Positions 25,480 through 38,743 of a DNA stretch of 64,000 nt are shown in pieces (position 1 is the stretch's first letter; each line of letters begins with the position of its first letter). The position numbers were made by a program, and so were the translations under genes. Source of the DNA: Octopus sinensis. Its lineage: Eukaryota. The stretch is taken from assembly GCF_006345805.1 (NCBI RefSeq), contig NC_043015.1, positions 18,538,001 to 18,602,000 on the forward strand. The letters run 5' to 3'. The notes below the pieces were generated by a model. It worked only from the letters and a program-made list of their open reading frames with translations, was not told where the DNA came from and searched no databases.

Positions 25480-27345
25480 GCACTGCCGGAACAAAAAGGC
25501 TGTAGAAGGAGATGCAGGGGTACCAAAGATCAACTATTGATAGACAAAATGGCAATGCAAGATTGTAAGAAGGAGAAAAAATCTGGGAATGGCCTGGATT
25601 GAGTATCGTAAAGCTTCGAGTGATTAGATCTTTTTGGAATTGCGAGGAATGTAATGTGTTTCCTGAAGAGAATTATGGTGGAATGGGAAAAAGCTTGGGA
25701 ACCCTGCGTATCAGCAGAGGAATTTTCCAGGGTGATAGTCTATCGTTGCTTTTCGTTCTCTGCATGATGCCCCAGTCTTTGGTACTCTGAAAAATGAACC
25801 TGGGGTACCAACTAAAGGAAAAATCCCAAACAATCAGCCACCTTCTCTTCATGGATGATTTGGAACTGTATGGCAAAGATGAGCCACAAATGAGTTCATT
25901 GGTGAACTCAGTCCACTGTTTTAGTACTGCTATTAGAATGGAATTTGGACTCAAGAAGTGCGGAGTAATCTACCTGAAAAGAGGCGAAGTACAGTCCCTA
26001 GCAGGATAGAATTACTGAATAGAGATTTGATTAAGCAAAATTTGAAGCTGAAGGATACAAATACCTTGGTGTACAAGAGTGCAACGAGGTAATGGAAAAG
26101 GAAATGAAAGAGCAACTGAGGATGGAGTATTTTCGAAGACTGAGGTTGGTGCTACTTCAAAATTGATTGGATGGAATAAAATCCAAGCAGTTAATATGTG
26201 GGCGATAGCATCACTTCGGTATGGAGCGGGAAATATAAAACGGCAGAAGAGAGAAATGAAGAAAATGGATATCAAGACCAGAAAAATGTTGACAGTACAC
26301 GGAGCCTTCCACCCTATGATTAAATTATAGGCTGTACTTGTCCAAAAGAAATGGTGGGAGAGGTTGCCAGTTGCCTCAAATAGAGAAAAACAGCCTAGAG
26401 TGGTATATAAAAAATGCTGTAGAGTCACTGTTGAAACACATGAAGAAAGCCGGCGTCATTAAAACTGAAAATTGTGTAACTAAAGAAAAATTTAAACAAG
26501 AAATGAACAAAAAGAATTTTAAAAAAGCATGGAAGGGAAAAAATATACGGTCAATTTGCAAGAACAGCAAGACAGATACAGAGGACTGGTGGCTATGAAT
26601 GAGGAGTGACTTGAAGATAGAAACAGAAGTACTCATATGCGCAGCTCAGGAACAAGCGTTAAGAACCAATTATATGAAGTGCAGAATTGCCAACACTACC
26701 GATAGCGACAAATGCAGAATATGTGTTGAGAGGGGTGAAACGGTATGGCACATCATTAGCAAATGCCTGAAATTGACACAACGCGAATACAAACGACACT
26801 ATAACAATGTGGCTAGAACGATCCATTGGGAACTCTGTGGAAATCACGGTCTACAAAGAGCAAAGGAGTGGTATGAACAAACCCCAGAAGGAGTCTTTGA
26901 AAATGAGAACTTCAAAATTCTGTGGGATGTAATGATCCAGTGCGATCACCTGACCAGACATAGGAAACCGGACATTGTTGTGGTGAATAAAAAAGTAAGA
27001 ACATCTATGATTATCGACATAACATGCCCCGGTGACAACAGGATCAATGTGAAAGAAGAAGAAAAAATAAACTACTATAACGATTTAAAGTGGGAAACAC
27101 GAAGGTTGTGGTCAATGAAGAGAGTAGACGTGATATCAATACTAATTGGTGCACTTGGAAGTATCAGCACTCAACGATGGCTGGAAAAGATCGGTGCAAA
27201 TGTGAAGGTAGAACACTTACATTAACCAGCATTGCTTGGAACTGCAAGAATTCTTTGCAGGTTTCTTGAAGCATGACCAGTAAACAAATGTCACGTTAGT
27301 TTGCTGACTGTGGACAGCCGACACTTTCCATCATACCCAGCAAAA
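25480..27345 (+). mobile_element. Decayed RLE LINE, family C
   Basis: RGIFQGDSLS; HLLFMDDLELY; RLE ORF 26599-27225 (KPDIVVVNK..IIDITCP). Confidence 0.9.
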
Positions 27346-27359
27346 TAAGCCGTATAAGC

Positions 27360-28432
27360 CGTGAGACCAAGGGTGAACCTGACGGTAGTGGGTATAGATA
27401 TTTAGGGAATTTGGAGCTGGATGACATTCTACACAGAGAAATGAAAGTCAAAGTCCACGAAGCGTATCAAAAAAGGGTGAGGATGGTGTTGAAATCCAAC
27501 CGCAATGCCATAAATTTGATTACCGCAATGAATATCTGGGCAGTTGCGGTGGTCAGATATAGTGCATCCATACTCAAATGGACTAAGGAGAAAATATCAA
27601 CACTGGATAGAAGGACGAGAAAGTTGACACAGGACATTAAGGATAATACAAGATCGTGGACATGGTTTGAGCGAGGTGATTTGAAGCGTACCACCGAAAG
27701 CCTGATCATTGCTGCACAAGAGCAAGCTCTCGTTACCAAGTCAGTTAAATATAACATCTATAAAATTTTTGACACTCAGAAATGCAGACTCTGTGTGGAA
27801 AGAATGAGGAAAATGTGACACACTTGGTAACCCTAACCCTAACCCTAACCCTTGCACGAAAAGAATACAAGCGCCGCCACGATAAAGTGTGTGTGTATCT
27901 TCATTAGCTCTTACGCCGTAAATACCAATATGAAGTAACAGAGAACTGTTATGAGCAAGTACCAAGTAAAGTTATGCAGTATGATGGAAAAGTAACGATA
28001 CTCTGGGACTATGATTTTCAGACACATCGCGTTATCGAACACCGTCGGCCGGATATTGGCATAGTGGATAAGAGAGACAAATAGTCAGATCATTGATGTA
28101 GCCATACCAAATGACACGAATGTTGTGAGTAACGAGGTTGAAAGAATCACCAAGTACTCCCAATTGAAAGTAGAAATGGCAAAACTGTATGGAATGCAAG
28201 AGGGTAATGTAAAATTGATACCAGTGGTGATTGGAGCGTTGGGCTCAATCTCATTGAAGCTTCAAGACTTCTTAAGGCAACTGGAAATACCATGCAAGAT
28301 TGATGTCTTGCAAAGAGCAGTCTTATTGGGCACAGCGCACATCTTAAGGAAAGTATTATCTGTCTGAGGTCCTTGTGAATTCACAGATGACTAAAGACTC
28401 CGGTGCATTTTTACCTACACCGTGTTACGAAG
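27360..28432 (+). mobile_element. Decayed RLE LINE, family D, with an internal deletion and a telomeric-repeat patch
   Basis: ESLIIAAQEQAL..CRLC; KEYKRRHDKV; RPDIGIVDK; KYSQLKVEM..IPVVIGALG; followed by (TAA)n. Confidence 0.85.
27828..27851 (+). repeat. Interstitial telomeric-type repeat (TAACCC)4
   Basis: taaccc four times, within LINE coding sequence. Confidence 0.9.
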
Positions 28433-28502
<70 letters not shown>

Positions 28503-28809
28503 CATACAAAGACTTGGAAATAAAGGTAACTTGAATGTGGAATCTAAAAACAGAAACAGTTCCTATCATAGTAGGCGCATTAGGTATGGTAAAAAATATT
28601 CAGAAAGATACATACGAAAAACACCAGGACTAACAAGTATATACATAACATACAGAAAATAGCACTACTAGGCACCACACACCTCCTCCGTCAAATGCCT
28701 TCAATACAGTAACAATAAGAGCATCACAACAAATCACAGCACATACCCAAGGTACACATAGCTGCGCTCGGTATTGCAGTGAAAGCACGTGATAAAAATA
28801 AGACTACTG
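28503..28809 (+). mobile_element. 3' tip of family A LINE, older copy
   Basis: Homologous to 23215-23519; same 3' UTR ending in actactg. Confidence 0.85.
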
Positions 28810-28825
28810 AATGATAATAATATTA

Positions 28826-29026
28826 ATTCTCTGTACTATAGGCACAAGGCCTGACATTTTGGGGGAGAGGGCAAGTCGATTACATCGACATCAGTGCATA
28901 ACTGGTAGTTATTTCATCGATGTCGAAAGGTTGAAAGGCAAAGTCAACCTCGGCAGAATTTGAGTTCTGAACGTAAGGATGGACGAAATGCTGCGAAGCA
29001 TTTCGCCCGGCGTGCTAACACCCTAG
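28826..29026 (-). mobile_element. tRNA-derived SINE, family B
   Basis: The minus strand has gttagcacgccgggcgaaatgc..B-box-like ..tcaaattc..gactttgcctttc..cgatg. Same family as 30880, 31120, 40650, 42882 and 51403. Confidence 0.8.
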
Positions 29027-29027
29027 G

Positions 29028-29071
<44 letters not shown>

Positions 29072-29618
29072 AAATACCCTGTTGCAATACCTAGCACTGT
29101 CTCTCATGGTTTTTGATCTTAGCTGATTGGAAATGTTATCATGTACATTGTTTTGTCTTGTTATAAAAGATGGGCTACAGCAAATATTTTGCCCAATACC
29201 ACAAATTTACTTGTTTGACCGTAACCAGTCGAGCATGCCCCTTGGTGGCTGACAATATGTGCATCTCTGATCACAAGCAAGAGTAGCGGGGGTGCATCGT
29301 GGCCATGTATTGAGAGGAATTCTTTGGGGTTTGAAAAATTCACCCGTGGAAACATGGATGTTTTGTTCAACATCCTCAAAACAAACTTCATTCAGAGATC
29401 TTTTGAGCGGGATGGGCTACTCGACCAGAAGAAAATTCTAACTGAGCCTCAACTGCAAGGTCATGCACTGTTTATGAGATCACCATGTCACGCACATATG
29501 GTTGTGATGCATGTGCCTGGTGTACCCTTAACAGACGGGCAGTCATAATGGGTACATTGGGCTTCGTATATTGGTATCCCCGTGTTACTTTGATGGCATG
29601 CGCTGATCTCTCACTCAA
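29072..29618 (+). mobile_element. Unclassified non-coding interspersed repeat ending in ctctcactcaa-(TAA/TAC)n (LINE 3' UTR or SINE)
   Basis: Its 3' part recurs at 41005-41158 (+) and as a tip near 60790-60812 (-). Confidence 0.55.
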
Positions 29619-29671
<53 letters not shown>

Positions 29672-29829
29672 ATAATAATAATAATAATAATAATGATATC
29701 TTTATCAACTACAAGGGTTTACATTAAGAAAAACATCATGGACAGTACAGCACAAAATAAATGAGTGTGTATGAGTGTTTGTTGTCGTGACAATTTTGCG
29801 TGTAAACAAGACTAACAAAACTTTTTTTT

Positions 29830-30790
29830 TAATGTGTGATTCTCAATAGGGAGGAGACGTTCGAGGGCTGCACATGGAAAAACTGCATAAAAAACCACGG
29901 ATACCCTGACTTTTGGGGCAGGTGCCTTTTCTCTCTCCTTTTCTTTCGAACTACAGGCGTATACTCAGGGCAGGCCTGTTTACTCGCACCGTTCTCGCCA
30001 CTTACTCTCGGCCCATTTCCGGGTGACAGAGTCACCCTGCTCGTTACCGCGTCTCAGTTTTTGTCCATCTGGGGTCCGGACTGAACCAGACCCCAAGTAA
30101 TTTAACTGGTCTGTCCGTCCAGTGCCCAACGACGCAGTTGGACGGCACGGACTTGTTTCTCCAGGTGCCGAGCCGCAAGCCCACTGGTTTTTCGTTGTTA
30201 ATTGTGGCTCTTGAATCAACCTCGTAGTCCCTCCTGACAGAGGTGCCGATCATTTCTACGTGTTTACGATCCAACACCATTACGGAGACGTTGTCGGCAT
30301 ATACCGACACGCATCTATCAGGTCAGGTGGGATGTCTCTCAACACCTCCAGTGACTCGAGAGTCAGTACGTGCAAGGGAGACGAAAGGGAACAACCTTGC
30401 CGGACCGAGCGCATGATGTTGAACGGCTCTAAGAGGTCGACTCTAAGATGGTCGACTCTATCGAAAGCTTTAAACTGATCTAAATTTATCAGGGCCCCAA
30501 CCGTGCCAGGTTCTTTAGCCACTTTCTCAATGATGTACCACATGAGGTGGATATTGTCGTGGATGGATCTTTTCGGGATATCACATGTCTCTGCGTCCCC
30601 TCCCAGATTCCTGACGACGATCGCCAACCTCGTAGCTAACACCCTGGCAAAAATGTTGAACTCTGCTTTCAAAAGAGTTATGAGGCAAAATTTGTCAATA
30701 CAATACCACTTGTTCTGGTCTTTTCTCAGCAACGCCATCGCTCCAGGGCTCACAAAACTGGGAATTCTCCCATTCTGTAGGCAGTTATAG
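29830..30790 (-). mobile_element. L1/Tx1-like LINE RT fragment with internal deletions
   Basis: LINLDQFKAFDRVDH; VRQGCSLS; YADNVSV; VKLLGVWF. Confidence 0.85.
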
Positions 30791-30879
30791 TAGACGTTTG
30801 CTAAGAGATCGCCGAACTAGTGTGGCATGTAAGCATAAAGCTTGTAGGGCAGGTCATCCAAAACCAAGCGATTTACTCC

Positions 30880-31088
30880 TCATGCAGGCACAAGGTCTTG
30901 AAATTTTGGGGAGGAGACTAGTCGATTACATCGACCCCAGTGTTTCACTGGTGCTTAATTTATTAACCCTGAAGGGATGAAAGACAAAGTCGACCTCGGC
31001 GGAATTTGAACTCAGAACGTAGCTGTAGACGAAATACCGCTAAGCATTTCGTCCGGCGTACTAACAATTCTGCCAGTTTGCCGCCTTA
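30880..31088 (-). mobile_element. SINE family B
   Basis: Nearly complete; 5' end aaggcggc..ggcagaatt, and gtcgactttgtctttcatcc.. Confidence 0.85.
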
Positions 31089-31119
31089 ATAGTATTCATA
31101 ATAATAATAATAATAATAA

Positions 31120-31282
31120 TTTCTTCTAAAGACGCAAGACCTGAAATTTTGGGGGAGGGTGTAAGTACTCAACTGATAGTTAATTTATCGACTCTGAAAG
31201 GATGAAAGGTCCTCGTCCTCGGCGGGATTTGAACTCAGAACGTAAAGAAGGACAAAATACTGCTAAGCATATTGTCCGTCGT
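31120..31282 (-). mobile_element. SINE family B, degenerate
   Basis: Homology to the adjacent copy. Confidence 0.7.
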
Positions 31283-31854
31283 AGCAATGATTGTATCAGC
31301 AGACTCCCTCAATGATAATAATAATACATTTTTCTTGTTCATTTCTGTGAATGTGGCTGTGGTTGTTGCTGCATTCGTTGCTGTAGTGGTGATAGTAGTT
31401 GCGGTGGGGCAATCTAAACATCTATCCAACACACTGACACTGTTGTTATTGTTAACTGAGCTACAGACTTTGCAGGTATTTGACTTAAATATGAAATGTG
31501 GAAATTCTTCCTTAGAGATGGGAAAGCTTCCATCATTCTGCTCGCTCTTTACATTCTCGTTCTTCTGGCTACTATTGTAATTCCTGCTGCTCTCATTATT
31601 ACTATATTATTATTGCTCCTGTTGTGGCTAATATTGTTGTTGATACTTTTTCAGTTGTTCTTGTGGTTGTAATTTATTTTTTAATCGTAATACAAAGTTT
31701 TCTCACCTTCATTTTCGAAGCGAGAAACGCTGGCTGCTTTTTCTTTCTCCACTTTCATTCTGTCTTTTATGCATTTTGTTCTTATGCCTTTGCAATGCAA
31801 ATTCTCTCTGGAACATTATTATTAAGATGTCGTTTGCTATTTTAAAAATTTTAG

Positions 31855-32068
31855 AGTCAAAAATCGATGCAGAACAAATTCAAAATGAAAACCACGCAGA
31901 TTTCCTGAAGGGAAATCCTACAATGAAATTATACACACCAAGACCTAACTGGCCTCCTCCAGGATTCGATTATTCAAAAATATTTCCAAAATATTCAAAG
32001 TTCTTCTGGTTAAAAGGATCAATATGCGGTGAAAAATCCTCATTGTCGAAGCTGAGCGTGACTTGCAG
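31855..32068 (+). CDS. Candidate internal exon of an unidentified host gene (214 nt, phase 1 to phase 2)
   Basis: Acceptor ttttag| and donor GCAG|gtatgg. It gives 70 stop-free, non-repetitive codons (SKIDAEQ..NWPPPGFDYSKIFPKYSKFFWLKGSICGEK..VTC) with no TE motif. Confidence 0.5.
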
Positions 32069-32078
32069 GTATGGCAGC

Positions 32079-32128
<50 letters not shown>

Positions 32129-32199
32129 TCGTAATAGTAATAATAATAACAATAATACTAATAATAATAATGATAATAATAATAATAATAATAATAATA

Positions 32200-32662
<463 letters not shown>

Positions 32663-32846
32663 AATAATAATAATAATAATAAATAATAATAATAATAATA
32701 ATAAATAATAATAATAATAATAATAATAATAATCCTTTCTTTATTGGCCACAAGGGCCGAGCACAAAAACACAGAGACAATACAAAAAAAAAACGGGACA
32801 AGTTGGATTAAAAAAACCCAGAAAACGTGCAAACAATAAAAACAAT

Positions 32847-32975
32847 GATAAACTTCTGGAAAGTTTTACAGATTTTTACAATTCCAGTGATGGCTTGGAT
32901 CTTAAGCCTTCGAATCAACTTTGTTCTGGTTTTGGAAAGCCTAATTTCTTAAGATTGGTATTTTGGCAGTGTGGT
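32847..32975 (-). mobile_element. Short family E RLE-LINE fragment within the Tx1 3' region
   Basis: Matches the reverse complement of about 3625-3730. Confidence 0.7.
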
Positions 32976-35900
32976 ACATATCCGAGTGACAAAATAAAAC
33001 AAACAAAAAAAACCCAGTTAACAACAAAAATAAAACAACAAAATTACCCAATAGAGGAGAGTTCCACCAGGGCCAACCAGAATCCCCACACACCCTGGTC
33101 ACCCTGAGTGCCAAGGGCACACCAGGTAGGCATCCCTCTTCCCTTCAACTGCTCCGGCTTACAGACGAATATTCAGAGTAGGCCTTTTCACGCGAGCCAT
33201 TTTCGCAACATTCACCCACCTTTTAACAAACTTACTGCAGGACAGTAATTCCCTCTCTACCCTCACTTTCCTTTTCAAGTGGAACTTGAAAAAGTCGATG
33301 AGGGATTGGCCGAAGAGGAAAGTATCTGTCTTCAGTCCTTTCAGTCTCGTCCACCACACTACCTCTTTCGCTACAGCAGCCAGGCAGAGGAAACTGCCTT
33401 TCCCTCCTGGCCAAAAGAAGGCGGCGGGGCGTTCCGCCCTACATGTGACAACAGCTCTGTTCGCCAAAGCTCCACAGGTCAGTAATGCACGTACACTGGA
33501 TGAGTGCATGCAAAACGGTTTCATCGCCCTGCGCACACCTCGGACATGACCGTCTGACAGCACTTCCGTGTCTGTAGAGCTTGTCTCGAACCGACAGAGC
33601 TCCTCGGTAGCACTGCTAGGCCAAGGATTTCTGGAAGTTATCTATAGGCCCCAGCCCGAAAGTCCTCCGGAAAAGACCAGTTAGTTGAGTCCTCTCAACA
33701 TCCAGAGTTTCTCCGGGTACGTCGTCGCTCTTTTCCTACACTAATCCCCTTTAGAACTCCATGGTGGAACTTCCACCGACCGCGTTGCCCGACTGAGAAA
33801 AAACTGTGAGCGATTGCTAACACTCTAGGTGCCATGCGCCCTTTCTTGGCCTGCGCTTGACCCAGGATTGTAGCTTCGTCAATGAAAGGAGCTACGAAAA
33901 TTCCTGTTTGACGAACGGCGACCACACCTGTTAACCGTTAAGAAAACACTGGAGATGTCGCAGCCGCAGCGTATGTCTGCACATCATTAGCCACGGCATG
34001 CTCAGGCCTCCACTCAGTGGCTGTTGATAGCAGATGGACCGTCTAACGAGCGGAACACATCCCTTCCGTAGAAAGCAGAAGAGCAAGCGCTTCAACTTTA
34101 TCAGGCACGAAGTGGGGCAAGGGACGACGGTCAGGCGGTAGTAGATGACGGAAGCGACGTACGCATTCGCCACCTCCGCTCGACCCTTCGAGGACTGCTC
34201 CCTCTATGCCCATTTCTGGGTGAAATTGGCTACCCTGCTCGTCATCTCCCCCCAGTTTTTGTCTACCTGGAGGTCTTGACCAAACCAGACCCCGAGCAAT
34301 TCCGTCCAGCGCCCTTCGACGCTGTCGGTTGGCATGGATCTGCTTTCCCAGGTGCCGAGCTGCAGGACCACCGACTTCTCCTGGTTGATCTTTGCTCCTT
34401 TCACCACTTCTTACTCCCTTAAGCAGTGCTGATCACCTCGATTTCCGAGCTGTCCGACACTATTACGGTGAGGTCGTCCCTGTAAGCCGTCACGAATCTC
34501 CCGCATCCTAGATCGCGCGGGATGCCCCTTGAAACATCTAGCTTCCGCAGCAATGGCTGGAAGCCAATACATACAGAAGAGGCGTGAGTGGGCATCGTTG
34601 ACGGATCGAACGATGCTAAATGATTCCGATAGGTGGCCATTTACTTTGACAACCGAACAGATGTCTCGGTACATTGCAGCAATCCAGCCTCTGAAAACAG
34701 GACCAAAATCCGCTGCCGCGAGAATAGTCTCCGAGCGTTGGTGGTCGAACCCATGAAAAACTTTCAATGGATCCGAATTGATCAGGGTCCCACCCATGCC
34801 GGGTTCCTTACCCATCCTCTCTATGTTGTAGCGCGTGAGGTGGAGGTTGTTGTGGATAGCTCTGTATGGGATAGTGCATGTCTGCGCGCCACCAACCAAC
34901 TTATCGACGACAAGCGCCAAAATCTTGGCTAACACCTCGGCCAAACTATTATAATCTCCATTCAGCAGAGTTATAAACCTAAGATTATCAATTTTGTCCC
35001 CCTTGTTGGATCTTTCCTCAAAAGTACCTCAACTCCACGGCTCACAGCACTGGGAATTTTCCCATTCTGCTGGCATATGAAAATAAAGATCGAAGGGCAG
35101 ACCATCTCGCTCGGACACTTCTCTCTTGCGCAGATCTTCATTGCGTCCTGTATATGTTCGGCTGTTATCGACATTTCGCAGAACTCCGCATTCCTGGTTG
35201 AGAGGCGTGGCATGCCACTGAGATAGCAGGTGAACTCCATCACCGTCCCAGAACCACCGCACGCCCCATACAGTTCGGCTGAAATTTCGCACACATCTGC
35301 TTGGACTCGGTTATTATGCGCTCATCACAGCTTGTCAAAGACCAAATTGTTGCTTTGTTTTCACGAAGCCCCTCTGTCATCGAGTGGCTTTCTTCCTCTC
35401 CCGTCTCAGTGCACGCGCCCTAGCTCTGACAACGCAACCATCGTGCTTGGCATTGAAGAACTGATCAAAAGTCAATCTCGTCACCTGCACGTCGGTCGCT
35501 GTGCTTTTCCAAAGTGCCTCTTCTAGCTTCCTAACTAGATCTCCCTCTATCTTAGATTCATCTAACGTTATTTCTGTACTAAAACCTACCGCCTCTACTC
35601 TTTTTTGATAACCCTTTTCTAGCTGTCGATGATTGAGCCCGTCAACTCTCGATGGACTAATTTGCTAACCCGGTCTCTGAAAGCTTGGAAGGACGCGTTC
35701 AGTTTTCAGTATCCGGGGCCCTATCTATGGATCCTATATATGTCGGCCGTACAGATTACAAATCTACAGTCCGTGTAGCCGACGACTTTGAAACGTGGAC
35801 AACATACTCTATATTGATACAATCTGGAAGGCCCGATGTGGTTCACCCATGTCCACATTAGCGCATTCGGGAAATCCAGACGGTACCTGTCAGCCAACTG

Positions 35901-37442
35901 AAAGCGCCTGAACAGGTTTGTGAGGTTTTTACTCCCAACATCTCCTATCAGCTTGCCCCACCCTATCCAGGCGTGCATCCAAGAAGGCGTTCCAATCACC
36001 AACTAACATTGAAGAGCGTGAGGTCCCAAGGAAAACCTTCAAACGTCTGAAGAAATCTGAAGAAATGTGAATTTTTAATTATTTTCTGAGATTTTACAAA
36101 AACAACAAAAATATAGTCTAAAGGCACCACCTTCGCAGTTGCTCAGGACCAGGACCACTAACTTACCTTCTATGTCCAGGAAGAACGTCCGAACTTCAAG
36201 ATTCAGGCCTTTCCTAAACAGCACTACAATCCTGCATCCCATTCTGGGCCGACTAATGGATGCGTAGATCTCATAATCGTCGAAAATGGGTACGAGGTCG
36301 CAAGTGTCGGAAATTCTAGTCTCACTGGCTGCTATCACATCCAAACCTAGAGACATTGCTTCCAGTGTAACTCCAGGATGCAAACATTTATGTATCCCAT
36401 TCTGACATCGCCATGACGACTTGAAAGGGTTGAGGAAAAGAAAAAAAAACGTGCTCCGGATCTGGTATCTCTTGGTGGCGCAGACGTTTGGCCTTGCCAT
36501 GTCATGCGGGAAGTCCCTCTGAATATCTTTGTATACTTTGAGGGTTAATCGTATTAACATAAACTGATCCGGAACCTCAATGGTGGCTGGTGTCATAAAT
36601 TTCACCCTCTCTCTCAATTTGCTTGTTTTTTGGCTATAAGAGCCAGCAAATTGTTGTTAGCTCTCCTCACGAGCACATATTTTAGTGTCTCCGTGAGCTT
36701 TCTTGGGCTATGTGTGGTTGTAAGTGCATTGGTGGATTTGGAATGGCGGTTGTGGGGATGGTGGTATTGGTATTATTTGTGCTGTGTCTATGTTCGATGT
36801 GCTGGGGGTTTCTGTATTTTCGGGTGTAGATGTAGGTTCTTTTGTTTTCTGTTTCCTTTGCCTTTTTCGTGTTTTCACTGTGTAGGGTTCTTCCTTGTCT
36901 TCAGTACAGGATGAGTAATGGCTAGTGTCTGTATAGTTTGTCTTGGGGAGTGAGTGTATCTGTGATAGTGTGAACATGTTTGTGTGAGTGTATGCTTGAG
37001 AGAGGAGGCGAGAGGGGCTGATTTGATAGATACCCTGGGTAGCTTTTCGCCATTGTATGGGGTTTACGTGCCTCTTGTTGTTGTTGTTGTTGTTGATGGG
37101 CGTGAGGCTACAATTCGATTAAAAGGCCTCTGTTATTAGAGTGCGCTGTAGGCTGCAGGTATTGCCGCGTGACTCCGAATTTTGAGAGCAGAAGGCTCTT
37201 AGGTGGCACATATATCACATGTAGGTTTCTTGCCTTTCACGACGACACGCAATTCTACCCCGTTGTACCGCTGGATCAGGTCCTGGATCTTCCCGATGTT
37301 CCCTGGTTTCACATGGATTAATATCTCCAAGTTGATAACGCAACAGTTCTGCCTCTGAATCCTACACAGCATAGGCAACGATCCTGGTGGAACACCATTT
37401 ACCCTAATTATTGTCGTTCTCTTCCAGAGATAGGTAGTATAC

Positions 37443-37585
37443 AGGACCCGCTCCTCAGTCCACCGGGGTGACACTGCGTGACTTCTCTTTAAAAAAGAAG
37501 GACTTTGCGCGAAGTCACGCAGTGTCACCCCGGTGGACTGAGGAGCGGGTCCTTCTTTTTTAAAGTCCTTCTTTTTTAAAGAGAA
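37443..37585. repeat. Perfect 43-bp inverted repeat with a 25-nt spacer, plus a 16-bp tandem duplication
   Basis: 37443-37485 and 37511-37553 are exact reverse complements; 37483-37506 is the reverse complement of 37562-37585. Confidence 0.95.
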
Positions 37586-38481
37586 CTTCAATTCTGGCAA
37601 ACTGCCCTCCTGTCTGTATGTAAGCCACATCTATTAAAATTTCGCTGAGAGCCTACTCGATGTGACTGATGGAAGCTATTTCGGATCACCTAATTTTCCG
37701 CGATGCGAATTGAAAATATACTGTCTTTCTTTCTCTTGCCTCTATTATTTCAAGAGGTACGAGCACTGATGTCTTATCCCTAACAACTTTGATGATACCT
37801 TTTGCTTTTGAAAGTTCTCGAATTTTGTCCTTGAGAAGTGCAAACAATTCCTTCTTTGTGTTTGCTACATCTAGTCTTTGTTATTGTTTTTGTTGTTACT
37901 GTTGTTATTGTTGCCCCTGATGCTTTTGGTGGTGATGGTGGTGGTGTTGTGACCACTTCCACTGTTGCTACCCTCCACACCGCCGTTACCATCTTCAATT
38001 GTAGTATTATTTTCTCCGTTAAAATCCATTGTATTCTGAATTGCGTTGCTGTTGCTACTACTACTACTATTTCTGCCGCCGCTGCTTTTGCCGGTGCTTT
38101 CACTGTTGCTACTATTAGGTGGACTTTGAACTTTGGTGCCCTTCTTTTTCTCATCCTCCCTCTCCAGTAATGTTATCAGTAGCTAAGGGAAGAGGAGGGA
38201 AATCTTCATCATTCACAAAATCTTTTTGAGTAGGGCCATTTTTTTTTCTTAAATCTTCCAAGATTTATATTGTATTAAAAAGCCCACCGAATTATATGAG
38301 CCGAATATAGCCCCGTTAGGGACTAAACAAACACAGGAATCCAATGCAGGTCCCTAGTGTTTCTATTAACAATTTGGAACAATATTTAAACGAAAAAATC
38401 CACAACAAACGGTTGTAAACTAAAGTTTTAGACAAGACTTACTTCGCGCCTTCGAAAATACGTTTGTTGTGTTCAATAGTA

Positions 38482-38546
<65 letters not shown>

Positions 38547-38548
<2 letters not shown>

Positions 38549-38712
38549 GCATAGGATTGCAAAAATACCTACTTCAGAAGCAAGGGAAACTGATACAAAT
38601 AGCGGCAAAACACGAGCAAAACAAAAAATTGTTCTCGGTATTTAAGGAAGCTGACAAATACAAACAAGAAATCATACCACCTAACAAATATGAAGAAGAA
38701 GAAGAAGAAGAA

Positions 38713-38743
<31 letters not shown>

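Larger units (their letters stand above)
32730..38300 (-). mobile_element. Near full-length decayed L1/Tx1-like LINE (ORF1 and ORF2)
   Basis: APE (LDVIAASETRI; 36075-36617); RT (AEVLAKIL..GAQTCTIP; AYRDDL); VASVIYYRLTVVPCP; ORF1 remnants at about 36650-38200; 3' AATAAA followed by (ATT)n at about 32735. Confidence 0.85.

Noticed and set aside
33159-36002. Plus- and minus-strand short ORFs over the Tx1 element as independent genes
   Set aside because: They are frameshifted pieces or antisense shadows of Tx1 ORF2.
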